The translations under genes and the position numbers were made by a program. A stretch of DNA of 64,000 bases from Octopus vulgaris (Eukaryota): contig OX597814.1 in the NCBI GenBank assembly GCA_951406725.2, forward strand, positions 83,762,001-83,826,000, read 5' to 3'. This document shows, piece after piece, positions 18,805 to 31,789 of this stretch. The notes beneath the pieces were generated by a model. That model saw only the letters and a list, made by a program, of their open reading frames with translations. It ran no database searches and had not been told where the DNA came from. Each line of letters starts with the position of its first letter. Within the stretch, counting starts at the first letter, position 1.

Positions 18805-19620
18805 TTCTCTGCCCAGAAGATCTTATACCTATGTTCTTTGCCTGTGAGGAACCTAGCAGAACTTCCTCTCATCTTTACTTCTTGGATGCAGCACAAATCT
18901 ACATGTCTCTGTTCATTGCCTATGAAAGATACTCATGGAAAATATGTGGAGATTTAAAAGTCATTGGAATGTTAATAGGAATGCAGCCAGGTTTCTTGTG
19001 TCTGTGGGATAGTCAGGCAACTGACAGACATTATTCAGAATCAAACTGGCAGACAAGAACATCATACCAGCCAGGACTTCTAACATCAAGAATACACTGC
19101 TTGTAGACTCATGTAATGTCCTATTGCCTCCTTTGCACATAGAACTTGGACTGATGAAAGAATTTGTAACAACACTAGGGAAGAGAAATGCCAGAGGGTT
19201 TGAGTATATTGTGAAAAAGTTTCCCCAAATCACACAGGCAAAGTTGAAAGAAAGTATCTTTGTCAGACCCCATATTAGAGAAGTACTCAAAGATGTCAAC
19301 TTCAAGACAACACTGGATGAACTGGTACTGCTTACCTGGAATGCTTTCAATTGGATCTGTGAGAATTTCTTGGGCAACAAGAAGGCAATGGACTCCAAGG
19401 ATGGCATCAAGAATCTTTTGAAATGGGTTGTCATATGTCAGTGAAAGTTCACTTCTAGGACTCCCATCTGGATTTCTTTGCAGATAACCTTGGAGCAGTA
19501 TTTAATGAACATGGTGGAAAATTTCACCAGGACATTAATTCTATGGAGAAATGGTACCAAGGCTTCTGGAATGATAGTATGCTTGCTGACTACTGCTGAA
19601 GACTTCACCATGATCAACCA
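18805..19620 (+). mobile_element. DNA transposase remnant, probably CMC/Chapaev3-like
   Basis: WKICGDLKVIGMLIGMQPGF..CLWDS...HY and LPPLHIELGLMKEFV...KFP....KLKESIFV.P.IR, broken by frameshifts. Family assignment is from memory of motifs. Confidence 0.6.
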
Positions 19621-21803
19621 GATCAGGAACACTGCAGGAAATCCAAATCTGTTTTGTTTGACCCATTTTTTGTGTATTCACAAATATACTCATTTACTTT
19701 CTAAAAATAATATGCTGCATACAAATGGAGTGAAATTTTGAAATCATCATGAAACATTAGTCTAAAAGAGTTGGTTTGCATTCATAAGATAGAATTCAAA
19801 AGTAACAAGAAATGTATGCAAGAAAAATGTACAGTCCATTAAAGGTAGAGTGAAAAAATAAAAAGCAAACGTTTGTAATTAGCAAATATGCTTAAAAGTA
19901 ATGAAAGGGTCTCTGACTGACATAGATTCACTCAGTAAAGCAAACAACTCTGGAAATGAAATAATGTTTCTATTTTTGACAAAGAAATGCTGGAATGCTT
20001 AACAAATTATATATAAAAAATGGCTGATCATTACTTGGTCAAAAATAGACTTGATGTGCAGAAACAAACAAGGCTATGGTGAACTGTTTGTTTTTATTCT
20101 TTATAAAATTACAATAAGTTGTTTAAAAAATTATTTGACATTAAGCTTCAATATAATTCTGTGTCCCTCTATGAAAATGTTTTGATTAAGATGCCTTTGA
20201 TGAATGTGTTTTCAATAAATGTACCATAGCCCATGTGTGTATGTGTGTCAATGTTTATGTGTAAGTTAAACTGGTGTTGTGTCAAACAATGTAATTTAGC
20301 AATTCAGCAAACATAAATCAATCAAATAAGTACCAGATTGAAATATACACTAGGGTTGATATGATCAACTAAATTCCTTGAAGTTGGTGCATATTGCAGT
20401 CTAATGACTGAAATCAGTTAATGAACAAGAGAATGGTAAAAATTACCATTGTCTAACGAATTAAGTTTGTATACTATTACATTACCTATAGGATGTTTGA
20501 AATTATAGGGAGTAGTTAAAGGTTGATTAAGCTGTTATTATTTGCCTGTTTTGGGTGGCAGACCTCATCTATTGCTTGCTTTAACATACCCACCTAGCCC
20601 TTGGGTCCTTTCAGTCAAGTTGACTCTGTTGTAAGCAATCAGACTAAATCTCCAAATATATCAACACCTTTCTCATTTTTTTCCCCATGTAAAAGTATTT
20701 CCATTGCCCTTCCTCCTTTAACAGAGCTATAAGGAAATAAAGTTGAATAACAGCATAGAGGCTCCATTGTTGGCTCAAGAGACTCCTTTTGGTGTTTCAG
20801 CTCAGTCTTCCTTGCCTATATCTACTGAAACTACGATCAGAACTAAGTCATCAAAAGAGAACCAATAGAGAAACCTTTATGTCATCACTCAACCTACTAG
20901 AAATAACAGTTAAATCTCCCTCAGATCACATGCAACCATTTTTAAAAAAGAAAAATTTACAACACATCTAGAACAACATTATTCTGTGTCTGGTCATTGC
21001 CTTTGATAATTGGTCTGCTCAGTCAGGGCTGTTCTGGGGCAAATGAACAAGTCATCAAGATTGCTGAGGAAACACAAGTCCACTCTGCCACACTTCATTC
21101 CCCAGAACTACATAATAAATGAATGTATGTCAGGGTGCCCAGTATGGACCTCAACCTGTCGGTAGCATGGCAAATTGGGCATGTTGATTTGAAGGAGTCA
21201 GTTGGTCATTGGATTGCATCAGTGATCAGCTGACTCTATTTTGTGCCATAGCTCTGCTTAACCCTCACTGACCACAACAGGATCTTCAACTGTTTTACAG
21301 TCTTTATTAATATCTAATTTTTTGGATGATTTGCATCCTATATGAGATACTGAACACTCTGAAATAAGAGAAAAGAAATCTCATTAACAAAATGAAAGAT
21401 CTATGCATGACCTGAAACCTTACAAGGAGTGATATAGAAAAATGATGAAAGACTATCTATACTTAACATTGATAATGGTTGTGATGATACAGTTAAAATT
21501 CAAAAGAGTAATGAATGAGACAAAGAAACATAGTTAAGCAAGTAGTTGGATAGAAAGTATGGTAAGTTAAGATTCACCAGTTATTCAAGAAGCTCTTCTA
21601 TGAATTCAGTCACTAGTGGTTGTTACAAATATACTTATTTTGTATTACTTTTGATTAGGAAATATCTAAAATATCTAGCTCAAGACAACTAAAAATATGA
21701 AATAAGTCTTTTGGCTTAAAAATGGTGTTAGATCAGTGCCTTGATAACAGAAAATTGGTAATATAGTTCTATATTTAAGAGATGAGGAATTATGTACATT
21801 ATT

Positions 21804-22201
21804 TACATTATTTATATTTGACGGATATTTGTTCTCATCTTGTTTGTTGTTAACACGTTTTGGGAAATTTTGAACCTGGGTTCTCATTCCTAGGGTATTT
21901 TTTGTTATTATTATTAAGGTCACTGCCTAGAATCGAACTCGGAATTTGGGGGTTAGTAGCCTGCACTCTTAACCACTATGCCATATGGCATAGTGGTTAA
22001 GAGTGCAGGTGACTAGCCCCAAGATTCCGAGTTCAATTCCAGGCAGTGACCTTAATAATAATAATAACAACATCAAAAAATACCTTGGGAATGAGAACGC
22101 AGGTTCAAAATTTCCACAAGACACCTGATGAAGGCTGGAGGATATATCAACCGAAATGTTATGTTAACAACAAACAAGATCCATCAAATATAAATAATGT
22201 A
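21804..22201. mobile_element. Head-to-head palindrome of a tRNA-headed element with a Penelope pLTR-like tail
   Basis: Centre of symmetry CCAT|ATGG at 21984/21985. Each arm has A box TAGTGGTTAAG and B box GAGTTC(A/G)ATTC. The right arm has CTGATGA (22125)...GAAA (22153). Confidence 0.8.
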
Positions 22202-22676
22202 GAAAATTGGTTCCTGCATATTCTCAGTTATGATAATATTGATTCTAAAAGAAAACATTTTTCTTTTACTGTATTAAATTCCTGTCTATTTAACTTGCTG
22301 TTTTCTTAGGAAAGTTATTCTTTTAAAGCAACTGGGATTTATAAATTTTGTACATTCAACTCATGTATCATAGTAGCTATTAAAGTTTCTTTTTCAAAAC
22401 TCTGTGGTATATCTATATATTTTAGTCTATAATTCTTTGATAATACATCCTCTGGAATTTTAGTATGGTTTTGAAAAGTAGTCCATGAAGTGCACAGTTT
22501 GTATATGTTGAGATAAGACATGGAGAAACTTCATTATGTTTTAATAGTCAATTATACTTTCCAACATATTTTTCATGTCATTTAGATTAAAGTTATCTTG
22601 TTAATTGTTTGTGAATTGTTTTCCCATCATTAATTCTCTTTATCCACAAAATTAAACTATGAATATTTTCTTTTAG

Positions 22677-22717
22677 CTGACACCCAAGAATTATGCCGTG
22701 TTTTAACAGAAGATGCT
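22677..22717 (+). CDS. SHFL: SHFL homolog, 41-bp exon (SDTQELCRVLTEDA)
   Basis: ttttag acceptor and gtaagt donor. Phase 1 to phase 0 exactly bridges the flanking exons. Confidence 0.75.
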
Positions 22718-23712
22718 GTAAGTAAACATTAATCTATTTAAGAATTAATTTGTTTCTAAGGGTTCATAAATGAACACAAAATTTTTTTCTCTCTTTTTCT
22801 ATTTTATGTTTAGAATATTGTCTGTAAATGTATCTCAAATAATATTCTCTTCAGTACTGTGGGCTAAATCTTGAACATGACAGTAGTACTTTGACAATGT
22901 GAATGAAATGTGTTTATTTTATTTTTAATTAAAAGTTATAATTTACATTTACTTCTTTCATTACTTCTTTCCTGTTTTCATTAATCTTCTGATTTCTTCT
23001 ACTGAAATATGAATTTTTCATACATAAATCCTTCTCCACCCTCCTTACCTTATTTTACGTATTAAATTCAGGCTAACCTATTTTAAAAACTTTCCTTACT
23101 CAGCAGCATTTTGTGACCTAAACTTTGTAGTACATAATACTTCTCGGATAAGAGACTTTAATTAGTCTCAAAGCATTAATCGGAAGTTATATTACTCAAA
23201 TTAAAGAAACGGAAATGAAAAAGACAAAATTGAGTCTGTTAAAAAAAGATTCCAACATTCTTTCCCAGCAGTACCCATGTATTCTTGTTGTTTTTGACCT
23301 AATAATTTTCCCCCAACTTCAGACAAACTAACCTCATGTTTATAAATTCAATCATCTCTCTAACTATAATATTGTATTTGACCAACTCACATAACTCTTC
23401 ATATCTCAGTTTGCCTGGATAATAAAAACTGTTGTGCTGTCTAGTCAAATATTTTAATGATGCTTATTAAACCTATTGGCTAATCTCTGCCCAGTCTTCC
23501 CTACATATAGATCACCTAGTCAGTATTTAATTCAATTGATGAGATTTCTGGTGGTGCAGGTGAACTGGTCTGTAAGGTGGAGAAATAAATTAAGTCATAT
23601 AAGGGTGGTAGTGTTCAAATGACACCTTTCATTTATGTTTTACATTTTTTTGTTATTTCTAATTATTCAAAATTTTTGATTTTTTTAAAAATTAAAATTG
23701 TTACTTTTTCAG

Positions 23713-23859
23713 GACACGGTTGCTAAACTGAACTACATTAGGAATAATGATAAACTAGTGGAAGAGGCTAAACAAAATTACATTGGCTTAGCTATTCGTC
23801 AGTTTACATGCCATCCTTGTAATAATATGTGGTGGCGTGTCACTCCAAGGAGAAAACCT
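23713..23859 (+). CDS. SHFL: SHFL homolog exon (DTVAKL...RQFTCHPCNNMWWRVTPRRKP)
   Basis: ttcag acceptor and gtgagt donor. Matches the human [21 protein letters not shown] zinc-ribbon segment. Confidence 0.92.
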
Positions 23860-24329
23860 GTGAGTTTTACAAATCTTAATCTGTTTTATATCACCTTTGA
23901 TTTCATTTTCTAACATTACCTATCTGTTTTACCTATCTCTCTGATGAGCACTGAAAATGCCAAAATTCTTTATAATTTGAGACTTCAATAAGTTTTCAGT
24001 TCTTGGAAGCAGGTTATTTTGTTTCACTTATGCAGTCAAGAGTTTAGATAAAATCACACATGAACATACTCTATTGTTGTTGTTGAAGATGTCGTTGTCA
24101 ACAGCTGCTGTGGCAGCAGTAACAAGAATAATGGTGATGGCAGCAGCAGTAGTAGTATAGTAGTAGTAGTAGTAGTTGTTGTTGCTACTGGAAAATGTTT
24201 GACATGTTCAATGCCAGTGTGGAACTGCAATAGGATATCAAACGATCAATCAACTGAAGTATCAAAAGACTGAACTCTAAATGGCCTGGTCTATCTATCT
24301 TTTAACTGGGTGCTGTTTTTTTGTGGCAG

Positions 24330-25150
24330 CATGAGTGTTTTAATGTTATACAACACTGCATTCAACTCCATCTTGTGTCATCTCCATACTAGGGTTGACC
24401 TTTACATTAGCCATTATGACTGATTTTTTATTCATTTAGTCTGGAAGAAAGAACTGTCCATAGCCTTCATGGGACCTCTGGCACTAGGAATATTGATATG
24501 ATTAACTTCATCTTGAGCTGTTTAAGGTAACAACTGCTGAGAAAACATGTGCAAGGAAAGCATGTTTCAGAGGGCTGATTTTCTGGAAGAGGAAGGACTG
24601 AACATAGTGATTAGTGCAGGGTTTGAGTGAAAGTTGCCTGAGTAGAAGTGGCTTGAGATGATCCAATTCTAAAGATTACAAGCTTCCTTAGTAGTGGTTG
24701 AAGAGACTGAAGGAGGAGACAGCACATCCAGAAGTGGGACAGAGGTTGAAGCATGTTGGATGATCTTTCTTTGAATGCTGTCTAAGATGTCTGAGTTTGA
24801 AGTGGCAGTGCAGATATGGGGACAGTACACCATTATGGACTTCACTTAGGCTTTGCAGAGAGTTAGTAGTAGTTGGGAATTAATTTTTTTGGCTCTGAAA
24901 AGGTAAGTTTGTCTTTGTGAAGCAGTTTTGCCTATTATGAATTTGTGTGCTTGCCAACAGAGATTCTCAATGATGCTGAAGCCTAACATTTGTAGTGACC
25001 TTGAGGCCTCTAGTTACATACTGTTTGGGTTTAGGAGGTGGCAGGTATGTATAGTGATTGTAACTTACTGCTGAAAGAGACAAGGTTGTCATGAACTCAG
25101 TGGAACATATTTTTAAAGTCTTTGTTCATGGAATCATTGTAGAATTGGCA
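24330..25150 (-). mobile_element. Decayed LINE RT C-terminal region (Jockey/CR1-like)
   Basis: Minus strand gives L.KA.VK..MVYCPHI..A and related C-terminal motifs with many lesions. Confidence 0.45.
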
Positions 25151-25279
25151 TAAAATGTCTTGATTGCATATGGAAGGTTAGGAAGGAATGATAGTTATTA
25201 TTTGCACAGAAGACTGTTAGAGTTAATGACACTTGATACATAGGCCATTGATATATATATATATAAATATATATATAAA

Positions 25280-26186
25280 AGAGGTCAAGTGTGAGGAGCT
25301 AAACCATGGGGAACATCAGAGTTGATAAAATGTGAAGCGAGAATTTGTCAGAAAGCCCCCCCCCCCCCCAGGAAAGTGAAATGGCCCACGTTACATGACA
25401 AAAACAATGAAGTTTGTGGGTAAGAATCTGATGCTTTGGGGATACATAAAAAGTGATGGTTCAAGAGAGTTGGTTAAAATTGATGGTAACTTGAATAGTA
25501 CCAAATACATCCAGTTGATGAAGGACAATTTGATACTAGACATGGATGAAGATGAGATTTTTCATCATGACGGAGCTCCATGCTGCAGATTACATACAAC
25601 ATAACAGAGTCTGGCTGATGAAGGTGTTACTGTATTGAAAGATTGGCCAGCTCACAGCCCTGACTTAAATATCATTGAGCATATGTGGACAGAACTGAAG
25701 AGAAGAGTTCATTAGAAGAATCCATGCAATCTTTAAGAGTTATGGGAGCTCAGCCACAAGAATGGTATCTCATACCTGTGAAGATGGTGAAGGATTTGTA
25801 CACATCTCTTCCCAGGCACATTGAAGCAATTATTCAAGCTAAGAGAAGCCACATGAAATATTAACCAATATACAGTAACTTCTTGAAATGAATGTTATGT
25901 AATAAATTTTCATTATAGACATTTTTCTGTTTTAAAATGCTGTATCTTGATCGCTTTGTGTGAGGTGGCCAAAAACTTTTGCATGGCTCTTTTTTGTGGT
26001 TATTTCGCATCTTCCCCTCTCATTCACAATACCTACTACAAAATATAATGATTAGGTATGGAAATGACTCCAACAGGGTCAATGTTTCATCTGTAAAAAT
26101 GCAATGCAAAGCATCCACTTATAAGTTGGCAATACTAGAAATTTACAATAGTTTAAAGTGGCTAAAGACTTTTGCACAGCACTGTG
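25280..26186 (+). mobile_element. Tc1 transposon 3' half (pseudogenised DD34E transposase)
   Basis: LMLWG...IFHHDGAPC...WPAHSPDLNIIEHMW. TIR-like direct repeat GTGGC(C/T)AAA.ACTTTTGCA at ~25965 and ~26158; ends CACTG-TA. Confidence 0.85.
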
Positions 26187-26251
26187 TATGCATATTCACA
26201 CATCCTAAACTTGAAGTAGATATTTATATGTGAAGATACTATCTTTCCAAG

Positions 26252-26355
26252 GTTTCAAGATGTAAAACATGCCAAGTTCGGTATGATCCTGTCCCAAAAG
26301 ATGTTGAATTTGGAAGCGCTGTATTTGTTTGTAAGAGTTGTAACAATGAATTCAG
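26252..26355 (+). CDS. SHFL: SHFL homolog exon (VSRCKTCQVRYDPVPKDVEFGSAVFVCKSCNNEFR)
   Basis: ccaag acceptor and gtaagt donor. Matches human VSRCRKCRKRYEPVP...GLAEFHCPKCRHNFR. Not in the supplied ORF track. Confidence 0.92.
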
Positions 26356-26607
26356 GTAAGTTTGAATCACCTTTGATTTCATTTTCTAACATTTATCTTT
26401 AATCTTTTACTTGTTTCAGTCATTGGATTGCAGCCATGCTGAAGCAATGTCTTGAAGAGTATGGTCAAAATAATTGATCCCTGTACATATATTTTTAAGC
26501 CTTGTACTTATTCTATCAGTATATTTTTGTCAAACCAAGTTACTGGGTCATAAACAAACCAACACCAGTTGTCAAGCTGTGACAAGGGACAAACACAAAG
26601 ACACAGC

Positions 26608-26667
<60 letters not shown>

Positions 26668-28089
26668 CACACACACACCATGTGCTTCTTCCAATTTCTT
26701 TTTATCAAATCCACTCCCATGGCTTTGCCTGGCCTTGGGCTATAGTAGAAGATACTTGCCCTAAGTGCCACACAGTGGGACTGAACCTGGAGCCATGTGG
26801 TTGAGGAGCAAACTTCAAACTTCTTATCACACAGTGGCATTTATTTGTTTTCAAAGAATGTCAGACAGAATCCTAGTTATAACATCACTTTATGCTCTGA
26901 ATTCAAATCCTACATATATCAACTGTTACCTTTCACACGCTTTCCCTGCTCATTTAAATAAATAACTGCCAAATGTTTTGAGTGGACCAGAGCTTTCCGA
27001 GTGAAATATTTGTTGGACAGAAACTTTGCAGAAGCCCTTTAAATATGTGCATGCACACTCATGTGTGCGCACACACACCATCATTATTTTTATATCTGCT
27101 TTCTTTGCTGACATGGGTTGGATGTTTTGATAGAATCCAACAGGCTGGAGGACCATGTCTTGCTCTACTGTCTCAGTTTGGCTTGGGCTTTATAGTTGGA
27201 TGTTCTTCCTAAAACTACCAATACCAACAACTTTTCAGAGTATACTGAATGTGTTTCATATGGCACCAGCATTAGTGTGGTTATCTTGTAGCTTGCAAAA
27301 CTAAGGAGCCACTTCAACTAAGCGAGAGGATAGGAGATAAGGTGATCATTTAATGCAGTGTGTTGGGAGGTTAGTGTATGATGGGAGGAACCAGTACAAA
27401 TATATTATTGTGGAGGAGATGCATGATTACCTCATGTTTTACTTGGGTTGGTGGGGATAGCTGGAGTAATGCCTGGAAGATAGGGGAATCTAGTTGTGCC
27501 AAAGTACTGGAACATACACTCAAGATAATGTGTCCAAGAAGGTGAATAGAAGGCAGCATGGATATAGAGGAATTGGTGTGGTTGATAAGGTTCCAAGAGT
27601 GTAGTAGGAGAGTGAAAGCAATATAAACCTGGGCTGGAGATGGTTATGTGTGTTTATTGGGGATGAATATAGTGAATGGTGAACAGGAGCAGGGTGATAA
27701 AAATGAGTTGCAGAGGAGGAGGATGAGGATGATGATGATGTTGAGAATGAGGGATGGATGTTGGTTGGCAGTAGCAAAGAGAAGGCTTTATTCCGCTACT
27801 TTAGGGACGTAGAGCTACAGGATATAATGTTTTCACTGGTAACATAAACACAATGACATTCACTTAAACTCAGACAATCTCATGCAAGAAGTAGAACTAA
27901 CAGCTTTCATGTTCATACACACATGCACACACAAACGTGCACACACAGTGGGACTTTCATAGTTTCCATCTACCAGTTTGATTCACAAGACACTTGCCCA
28001 GCCCATGTTGGTTGTGAAAGTGGACTGCTAAATCATACAGCCATGCTTGCACCTATGATAATAGTAAGTATTGTTGCAACAGTAATAAT

Positions 28090-29520
28090 TTGCTATATAA
28101 ACATGAGACTAGAAATTTAGGTGAAGAGGAACAGTCAATAATACTGACCCTGATCCTTTTAATTTATTAACCCCACAGCAAAGAAAGATATGGTTGACCT
28201 TGGAAGGATTTGAACTCGGAGCTTAAATAGCTCAAATAAACCTTGTTTGATGCTCTAACAATTCCAAAAACTCTCTGCTCTAGTAATAATAATAATAATT
28301 ATTTTGAAAATAGTTGACATGGCTCCTAGAATTTGACAGGTGCTTTATTTTATCGATGTACCAGAAGAATGAAAAGCAAAGTGAATCACAATAGGATTTG
28401 TACTCAGAATTAAAGCGTCAGAATAAATACTGCAGGCATTTTGCTAATTACTCTAATGATTATGCCAAATTATAATAATAATAGTGGGTTCAAATTTTTG
28501 CACAAGGCCAGCAGTTTTAAGGGAGGAAGCAAATCGATTACATCGATTCCTGCACTCAACTGGTATTTATTTTATTGACCACAAAAGGATGAAATGCAAA
28601 GTTGACTGCTGAGGAATTTGAACTCAAAATGTAAAGTTGGAAGAAATGCTGCTAAGCATTTTGTCTGGTGCAGTAACCATTCTCCCAGTTTGCAGCTTTA
28701 CTAATAATAGCACCATTAACCCTTTTGTTACTGTATTTATTTTGAAATGCTCTGTGTTCTTTCAATTACTTTATATATAACAAAGAATTTAGTAAAATAA
28801 CTTGGTTATCATTAAGCTAGTGTTAGGAATATAAAATGTGACTAAGGTTTGGTAGAAGATTTTAATTCAAAACTTATGGAAACAAGACATCTGTACTCAG
28901 AGCCAGAGTCGGTTTTAGCCGGGTTGGTAATAAAAGGGTTAATAATTAATTTCAATTTTGAAAGAAGTGTACCCGTACTGGTATTTTATTCTATTGGCTC
29001 CAGAGGGATGAAAGGCAAAGTCAACTTCAGGATTTGGGTTCATAATGTAAAATGCAGGAACAAATATTCCAAGGCTAATGCTTCAATGATTTCATCAAAC
29101 CACTACTGTTAATAATAATAATAATAATCCTTTCTATTATAGGCACAAAGCCTGAAATTTTGGTAGGAAGGGGCTAGTTGATTATATCACCCACAGTGCT
29201 CAGCAGATACTTATTTTATTTTTATCAACCACAAAGAGGTGAAAGGCAAAGTCAACCTTGATAGAATTTGAACTCAGAATGTTAAGCTGGACAGACTGTA
29301 AAGACAGATGAAATGCCACTAAGTATTTTGTCTGGCATGCTAACAATTCTGCCTGTTTGCCACTTTCAGTAATAATAATAATTATTATAATAATGATAAT
29401 ACCCTTTCTACAATAGGTACATGGCCTGAAATTTTAGTGGGGAGAGAACATCAACTCCAGTACACAACGGGTATTTATTACATTGACCTCCCTAGAAGGA
29501 TGAGAGGCAAAGTCAACCAT
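28090..29520 (-). mobile_element. Cluster of about five same-orientation tRNA-derived SINE copies separated by (AAT)n
   Basis: Repeated GGTAYTTATTTTAT...GATGAAAGGCAAAGTC...GAATTTGAACTCAGAA, the reverse complement of the SINE at 4126. Confidence 0.75.
28720..28938. mobile_element. piggyBac-type MITE
   Basis: TTAA|CCCTTTTGTTAC...GTAATAAAAGGG|TTAA. A partial second copy lies at 61367-61529. Confidence 0.8.
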
Positions 29521-29818
29521 CACATGTCTTCTGCATTAGGGCCGATGTCTTGCTACTATGCAGCATCTCCCAGCCCATGCAGTTGCGAAAGTGGACTGTT
29601 AAACCATGCAGCTGTGTGTATTCTGTGCATGTGTGTGTGTACATAAAACTTGTCACTTCTACTTCTTGAGATTGTCTGAGTGAAAACAAGTGTCATCATG
29701 TTTATGTTACCAGAGAACATTGTATACTGTAGCTCTACATCCCTAAGTAGTGGAATAAAACACTATTTTAAATATATATTAGATGTATTTTTGTGTGGTT
29801 TCCATTGCATATCTACAG

Positions 29819-29997
29819 AGGCTTTGGTCAAAAATCAACAACTAGGAGCGTCTGTTACAATTGCAATAACCTGTGTTATCCAACCAAAATTGAACCTCCA
29901 AAGAGTAATCACGGCCGTCGAAACTGGAAGAGTCAACATTCATGTGATGCACCAGACTGCTGTGGACATTTATCAGACTGTGATAAAGATATAAACG
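29819..29997 (+). CDS. SHFL: SHFL homolog exon (GFGQKSTTRSVCYNCNNLCYPTKIEPP...HSCDAPDC...)
   Basis: ctacag acceptor and gtaagg donor. Matches human GWAQ...CYGCGFPVYPTRILPP...HSCSAADC. Phases are consistent. Confidence 0.92.
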
Positions 29998-30257
29998 GTA
30001 AGGTGGTCATACTATTTTGATATTGTAAGTCATTTTGTACATTATTATTACATAATAGAAAAGCTAGCTCTAGTGCTTCCTTATTTCAATTACATTCCTC
30101 CAAATTTTTGTTTTTACGATAACAATAAGGCCTGTTCTTTTCAACTTGTTGATTCTCTATCATTTCACACAAATTCATATATGTATCAGTGTGCAAAGAT
30201 ATATGTGGATGTTTATGTGTGTATGTATATATATATATGTGTGTGTGTGTATTTATA

Positions 30258-31503
30258 CAGGGGTTGGACAAAGTAATGGAAACACCTAGAATCATAGCAT
30301 CATAATTTTTAAATATCTATAAAATTGTCAAAAGCTTGATTATTTTTCTGCTTTTTGATTTATTATTAGTATTGCTTAATATGTTTTGCTCAAATTGCTG
30401 TTTCTTTTCATATATCATCAGAAAAAGGTAATTAAAATTCTTTAAAATGACAGATCTATCGGACTTTTAAAGAGGTCAAATTGTTGGTGCTCGTATGACA
30501 GGTGCTAGCATAATGAAAACAGCCAAAATGTTTGGTGTATCAAGAAGTTCTTTCTTGAAAGTAATGACAGCCTTTGAGAAAGAGGGAAAAGCCTCCTCTT
30601 CAAAACGAAACTCCAGAAGAAAACCAAAACTTTCAGATAGGGACCATCGGACTCTTACGCAGATTGTTAGAAAGGATCACAAAAGTACAGCTCTCAAAAT
30701 TACTGCAGAGCTCAATGGCTGCCTTGAGAACCCAGTTTCCACAAAAACTGTTTGCCAGGAGCTGCTCAAAGCTGGATTTCACAGGAGGGCTGCAATTAAA
30801 AAAATCACTACTTTCAAAAACAAATGTTGCAAAGCGTTTAGAGTAGAGTAAAAAAAACCTACAGAATTGGTCCCTAGAGCAGTGGAAGAATGTAATTTTC
30901 TCGAACACGTCATCCTTTATGTTATTTCCAACCACTGGCCAAGTATACGTCTAGAGACAGCCAAAAGAAGCATTTCACCTAGACTGCCTTCTTCCTGTCT
31001 GGGGGCTATATCTTAGAAATCTGCTGGCCTAATGGTTTCCCTTTACGACAGAATTAATAGTCAAGACTATTTAAGCATTTTATCTGATCAAGTTCATCCT
31101 ATGGTTGCGGAACTATTTCTGGAGGGAAACGCAATCTTTGAGGATGATAATGCGCCAATTCACATAGCTAAAGTTGTTGCTGAATGGCATGAGGAACATT
31201 CTAGTGAAGTTGAACATCTTATCTGGCCACCACAGTCCCCCGATCTCAATATTATCAAACATTTATGGTGCATTTTAGAAAAACAAGTAAGGAGTTGATA
31301 TCCTCCACCATCATCACTACAAGAACTGGAGACTGTTTTAGCTGAAGAATGAACAAAAATTTCTTTGGAAACAATTCAAACTTTGTAAAAGTCCATACCA
31401 TGTAGAATTCAAGCTGCAATTACTGCCAAAGGCAATCCTACCCCATAATAAAATACATTTGTTTGAAATTTTAAGATGTTTCCATTATTTTGTCTGACTC
31501 GTG
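30258..31503 (+). mobile_element. Full-length but inactive Tc1 element
   Basis: TA target duplication at both ends and ~30-bp TIRs (CAGGGGTTGGACAAAGTAATGGAAACACCT). Transposase from ATG 30447 has stops and frameshifts; DDNAP...SPDLNIIKHLW, with the catalytic E changed to K. Confidence 0.93.
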
Positions 31504-31789
31504 TATATATATAAATATAAGAAATTAACTGTATAAGAGTCAATACAAAAACTATGCCATCCAGTGAGAGTTCAGTACTACTAAACATTTCAACTACATG
31601 TACTTATCATGCTACTAATAGTTTCCCATACATGCTTGATGAACATACACATGTAAGGGAAACTATTAATAGCGCAATAAGTACATGTAGTTGAAACGTT
31701 TGATTATATATATATGTGTGTATGTGTGCATATATATATATATTGCACAGTAGTGTTACTCTTTCAGTGAAGCATGTTTATAGTCTTTG

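Noticed and set aside
21986-22049. tRNA gene
   Set aside because: A and B boxes are present but there is no convincing acceptor stem, and it is fused to a repeat tail in an inverted duplicate. Treated as a SINE-like head.
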